From assembly GCA_963727505.1 (NCBI GenBank), contig CAVSGP010000004.1, positions 160,001-224,000 on the forward strand: DNA of 64,000 nt, in the 5' to 3' direction. The translations under genes were made by a program, and so were the position numbers. Below, piece by piece: positions 60,329-64,000 of this stretch. The notes under the pieces were generated by a model. The model was not told where the DNA came from, made no database searches, and saw only the letters and a program-made list of their open reading frames with translations. The stretch comes from an uncultured Trueperaceae bacterium. GTDB lineage: Bacteria; Deinococcota; Deinococci; Deinococcales; Trueperaceae. Positions within the stretch are counted from its first letter, which is position 1; every line of letters starts with the position of its first letter.

Positions 60329-62227
60329 ATGAGACGCGCCATGAGACAACTCGCCATGAGACATCGACGCGGGCTGACGCTAGCCGTGCTGTCCCTGACG
60401 GTCCTGCTCGGGGCCTGCAATCTCGTCCAGGATCCCACGTCCCCTCCCCCGCCGCCCCCCTCACCGACGACGCAGCTCACCGTGACGCCCAGCGTCCTGA
60501 ACGGCGTCACGACGGCCACCGTGGGCGTCACCGCCGGCGGCACATGGACGCTCAGCTCCGACCATCCCGGGTGGGTCGCGCTGCAGCCAGCTTCGGGCAG
60601 CGGGTCGACCCAGGTCACACTGACGGTCGACCCCTCCAGCCTTCCACCGGGGAGCTACAGCATCGGCCTCACCCTGAGCGCGGGAGGGACCACCTCCAGC
60701 GTGCACGTCCCCTTCAGCTTCCCGGACGTCACCCTCACGGTCACCCGGGGGGACACGCTCAGCAGCCAGGCCCTCGAGCCGACCGCCCCGAAGGCACCGA
60801 ACCCCGCCCTGCACACCTTCGCAGCCGGTCCAGGCGACCTCGTCGTGGGCGTCGGCAAGGTACCGTCGCAGGCCCCCGCGCTGGACCTCGCCCCGATCCG
60901 GGCGTCGCAGGGCGTACGTGTTCGCAGTGCGTTCGCGCGTGCCGGGGTCGTGACGGTCCACGCGCAGAACGCAGCGGCAGCAGCCCGCCACCTGTCGGCC
61001 CTCCCCGGCGTTCGCTACGTCGAGGCGGCCGTGACGCTCCAAGCCTTCTCCAACGACACCTTCCGCTCCGAGCAGTGGAACCTCGACAGGCTCTCGGCCG
61101 AACAGGCCTGGCCCTCGGGGGACGGGACCGGCCAGACCATCGCCATCCTCGACCGGGGCTTCGATCCCGCCCACCCCGATCTCAGCGGCAACGTGAGCGG
61201 CACGCATGACGCCGTCGGTGGCGGTAGCGACGTCATGGTGAGCGACTCCAGTTGTGGCTCCCACGGTACGCACGTGGCGGGCATCGCCGCCGCCGTCGCC
61301 AACAACGATCGCGGTGTGGCGGGCGTCGCCCCCGGCGCCGGGTTGCTGCTCGTCAACATCGGCGACGCCGCGGCCAGCGGCTGCGCCATGACCAACACCA
61401 CCCTCATCGATGGCCTGAACTACGTCACCAACGGCGGAAATGCGCGCGCACGGGTGGTCAACATGAGCCTGGGCGCCACGACCGATCTCGGACAGGGCGT
61501 GCGCGACGCCCTCTCGGCCGCGCAGTCCGCCGGCATCGTGCTCGTCGCCGCGGCCGGCAACGACCAGAACAACCAGCCCACCCCCGTCGCCTACCCGGCC
61601 GCCTACCCCGAGGTGCTCGCCGTGGGAGCGACCACGCGCACCGACGAGATCGCCTACTACAGCGATCGCGGCCCCAACCTGTGGGTGGTGGCGCCGGGAG
61701 GAGGTACCGCGTCGGGCCCCGGTCAGGCATCCGACCAGATCATCAGCACCTGGTACGACTGGAGCGTCTCACCCCCCACCGAGACCTACGCCTACGACCT
61801 GGGCACGAGCATGGCGAGCCCCGCCGTGGCGGCGATCGCCGCCCAGCTCCTCACCGCCCGTCCGGCTGCGACCCCCGATCAGATCGCCACCGCGCTGGCG
61901 AACGGCGCGACCGACCTCGGGGCCGCCGGCTTCGACACCACCTTCGGCTACGGCCTGGCGAACGCCGTCGCCAGCAAGCAGGCGCTGGCCGACACCAGCC
62001 CGTTGATCGTCGAGACCTCGGACGGCCGCAGCTTCGACGTGACGCGTGGCGTGCCCCTCACGATCCCCAACCTGCCCGCGGGCAGCGTGACGCTACGAGC
62101 CGGCACCGACGACAACGGCAGCGGCACCCTGGGCGATGCCGGCGGCGAGCTCTACGCTCAGACCACCGTGACCGTATCGTTCGACGCCCCCGAACCGCAG
62201 GTCGGCCTGGCCGTGACACCGCAGTGA
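60329..62227 (+). CDS. S8 (subtilisin-like) serine peptidase lipoprotein with N-terminal Ig/BACON-like domain
   Basis: GGAGGT RBS, lipobox LLGAC, poly-Pro linker, W..L.P.SG.G, triad ILDRG / HGTHVAG / GTSMA, AAAGN. Confidence 0.92.
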   Translation: MRRAMRQLAMRHRRGLTLAVLSLTVLLGACNLVQDPTSPPPPPPSPTTQLTVTPSVLNGVTTATVGVTAGGTWTLSSDHPGWVALQPASGSGSTQVTLTVDPSSLPPGSYSIGLTLSAGGTTSSVHVPFSFPDVTLTVTRGDTLSSQALEPTAPKAPNPALHTFAAGPGDLVVGVGKVPSQAPALDLAPIRASQGVRVRSAFARAGVVTVHAQNAAAAARHLSALPGVRYVEAAVTLQAFSNDTFRSEQWNLDRLSAEQAWPSGDGTGQTIAILDRGFDPAHPDLSGNVSGTHDAVGGGSDVMVSDSSCGSHGTHVAGIAAAVANNDRGVAGVAPGAGLLLVNIGDAAASGCAMTNTTLIDGLNYVTNGGNARARVVNMSLGATTDLGQGVRDALSAAQSAGIVLVAAAGNDQNNQPTPVAYPAAYPEVLAVGATTRTDEIAYYSDRGPNLWVVAPGGGTASGPGQASDQIISTWYDWSVSPPTETYAYDLGTSMASPAVAAIAAQLLTARPAATPDQIATALANGATDLGAAGFDTTFGYGLANAVASKQALADTSPLIVETSDGRSFDVTRGVPLTIPNLPAGSVTLRAGTDDNGSGTLGDAGGELYAQTTVTVSFDAPEPQVGLAVTPQ

Positions 62228-62275
62228 TCGCTCGGTAGGAGGCCCTGCCGGGGCGCGACCGACGGCTGGATCCGT

Positions 62276-62346
62276 AGTCCCGAGCTTGACTCTCTGGATT
62301 CTGCGCCGCTAGACTCGGTGCATACCCGAGTAATAAGCTCGGGATT
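62276..62346 (+). promoter_or_regulatory. Promoter with two IscR/Rrf2-like operator boxes
   Basis: TTGACT-N18-TAGACT; boxes AGTCCCGAGCTTGACTCTCTGGATT (62276-62300) and ATACCCGAGTAATAAGCTCGGGATT (62322-62346). Confidence 0.6.
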
Positions 62347-62454
62347 CTTCGGTGGCAGCCAATCCGGCGCCCTGCAGGGCGCCGTTGCCGCCTCCATGAA
62401 CCGGCTGAGAGGGGGCGGCCCCTGGGACCGTCTCCTGTGAAAGGAACCGGACGC

Positions 62455-63450
62455 ATGCCTTCGCCCGCCACGCGCCGTTCGCGGCCGCTCCCCGACGGTC
62501 CGATCCGATCGGCCGCCTTTGCCCTGGTGCTAGCGCTCGCCGCGGCGGGCGCCCAACCCGCCCCGGCGGTCGCGCCGTCCGAGGTCGTCGACCTGTTCCG
62601 GCTCGAGGCCCGGGCTCACGCCGCGGCGAGCCTGAGCACGGACGGCCACACCGACGACGCCCGTGCGCAACTCGACGGCGCCGCGAACGGTCCGGTCGCG
62701 GCGCTCACGGCCACCCCTGACTTCGATTCCCTGCTCGCAGACGTCGGCAAGTTGCGCGCTGCCGTGCAGCGCGGGGATGGGCGTGCCGCACGCGAGGCGG
62801 CCGCCCGCATCGACGCCATCGTCCGCGACCGGACCGTGGCCCGGCTCGACGGCGCCGATGCCGTGCAGGCCGTGCTGATCGCGCTGGTGCGCGAGGCCGG
62901 CCGGGAGGGGCTCGAAGCCGCCAACGCCGCCGGCGTCCCGGCATCCACCGAGCCCCAGGCCTACGCCTCCGCGCTGGCGGACGTCGCCCTCGACCTTGCG
63001 CGGGAGCACGGCGCCGCCGGCACGACCCGGGATGCGTTGGCCACCCTGCAAAGCGCGCTCGGGGCCCCCGGCGGTTCCGGCACGGGGGCCGAGGTCATCC
63101 GCTCGTCGGCCGACAACGCCCTGGCGGCGCTGGGGGCGCCTGCCAGCGCAGCCGATACCGAGCGGCTCTTCGCTGCGATCGACCACGATCTCGACCTCGC
63201 CGAGGCGCGCTACCGCGCGGGGGACGTCGCCGGCGCACGCGAGGCGCTCATCGACGCCTACCTGGAGAACTTCGAGGACCTCGAACCCCCGCTCGTGGAC
63301 GCCGCGCCCGACCTCAAGGAGCGCCTCGAACACACCCTGCGTGACGGATTGCGTTCGCTGGCGGCGCAGGGCGTCTCGCCCGACCGCTTCGAGGCGGCCG
63401 TGGAGAACACGCGGGCCGATCTGGAGCGCGCGCGGGAGGCGCTGCAGTGA
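62455..63450 (+). CDS. Exported helical protein with FTR1-associated AYLxxFExxE motif
   Basis: Signal peptide, helical bundles, DAYLENFEDLEPPL; AAAGGA RBS. Confidence 0.75.
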   Translation: MPSPATRRSRPLPDGPIRSAAFALVLALAAAGAQPAPAVAPSEVVDLFRLEARAHAAASLSTDGHTDDARAQLDGAANGPVAALTATPDFDSLLADVGKLRAAVQRGDGRAAREAAARIDAIVRDRTVARLDGADAVQAVLIALVREAGREGLEAANAAGVPASTEPQAYASALADVALDLAREHGAAGTTRDALATLQSALGAPGGSGTGAEVIRSSADNALAALGAPASAADTERLFAAIDHDLDLAEARYRAGDVAGAREALIDAYLENFEDLEPPLVDAAPDLKERLEHTLRDGLRSLAAQGVSPDRFEAAVENTRADLERAREALQ

Positions 63451-64000
63451 CACCGGCCCGGGCCACAACCGCGCTGGCGACCACGGCGCTGGCGACCACG
63501 GCGCCGGCGAGCGCAGCGCCAGCCACCGTCCGCCCCCGCCGCCTGGCGCCGCGCTCGTTCACCGTGCTGCTCGCGCTGGCGCTGGCTACGACGCTGCTGG
63601 CGTTGTTCCCGCAGGCACGCGCCCAGCAGAAGGTCGATGTCGGCGCCGAACTGCACACCGCCCACGACATGGTCGCTCGTAGCCTGCGCCTCTACCGCTC
63701 CGGCGAGGTCGACAAGGCCTTCCAGCTCTCGCGCTCGGCCTACCTCGACCACTTCGAGTACGCCGAGCCCAAGCTGCGGGTGCTCGACCCCGACCTGATC
63801 CTGGACACGGAATTCCTCTTCGCCAACCTCCGCAACTCCATGAAGGCGGGCGCCCCCATGAGCCAGATCGACGGCGCCGCCACCAAGATCTACGCCAACT
63901 TGCTGCGCGCTGAGACCGTGATCAGCGGCACCGGTGCGCTAGCGCCGACGCTGGCCGCGGGCGGGAGCTTCTTCATCCTGTTCCGCGAGGGGCTGGAGGT
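63447..64000 (+). CDS. FTR1/EfeU-family iron permease (runs off the window)
   Basis: Manual translation from the GTGA overlap: signal-like segment, SAYLDHFEYAEPKL, then FFILFREGLE (RExxE motif) at the window edge. Confidence 0.85.
   Translation, partial: MTPARATTALATTALATTAPASAAPATVRPRRLAPRSFTVLLALALATTLLALFPQARAQQKVDVGAELHTAHDMVARSLRLYRSGEVDKAFQLSRSAYLDHFEYAEPKLRVLDPDLILDTEFLFANLRNSMKAGAPMSQIDGAATKIYANLLRAETVISGTGALAPTLAAGGSFFILFREGLE

Overview
High-GC chromosomal window. Gene content and protein style suggest a Deinococcota bacterium, probably Trueperaceae/Deinococcales-like; this is inference, no search was run. 1-36.5 kb is core genome: GerMN-like protein, amidase, smpB, a priA lacking ATPase motifs, purM, an OmpR-type two-component pair, luxS, a NYN protein, mscS, RNase P RNA, the dcw cluster (mraZ to ftsZ, without murE/ddl), NUDIX, ribF, rlmB, S9 peptidase, yjbQ, rpsO-pnp-rnj and tRNA-Pro(GGG). 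After the tRNA an accessory stretch (about 36.5-49.4 kb) begins with att-like repeats but has no integrase. It holds an SPW-protein/TetR/patatin operon, a TauE/TSUP transporter behind a ~430-nt structured leader with CsoR/CstR-like boxes, a Xre-RES toxin-antitoxin pair, an M24 peptidase, a degenerate pyrophosphatase-fold protein, hydrolases, GNAT, an ABC-2 exporter, a methyltransferase and fRMsr. The end holds a monomeric IDH, a small beta-barrel protein, hutU-hutI-hutG-like without hutH, a BTAD-STAND-TPR regulator with an S8 lipoprotease, and an FTR1-type iron-uptake operon under two IscR/Rrf2-like boxes. Best candidates for undescribed biology: the structured leader/uORF before the TSUP gene, the pseudo-pyrophosphatase, the SPW-TetR-patatin module and the Rrf2-boxed two-gene iron system. 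No CRISPR array, rRNA or intact transposase was seen. All calls are from reading motifs by eye.
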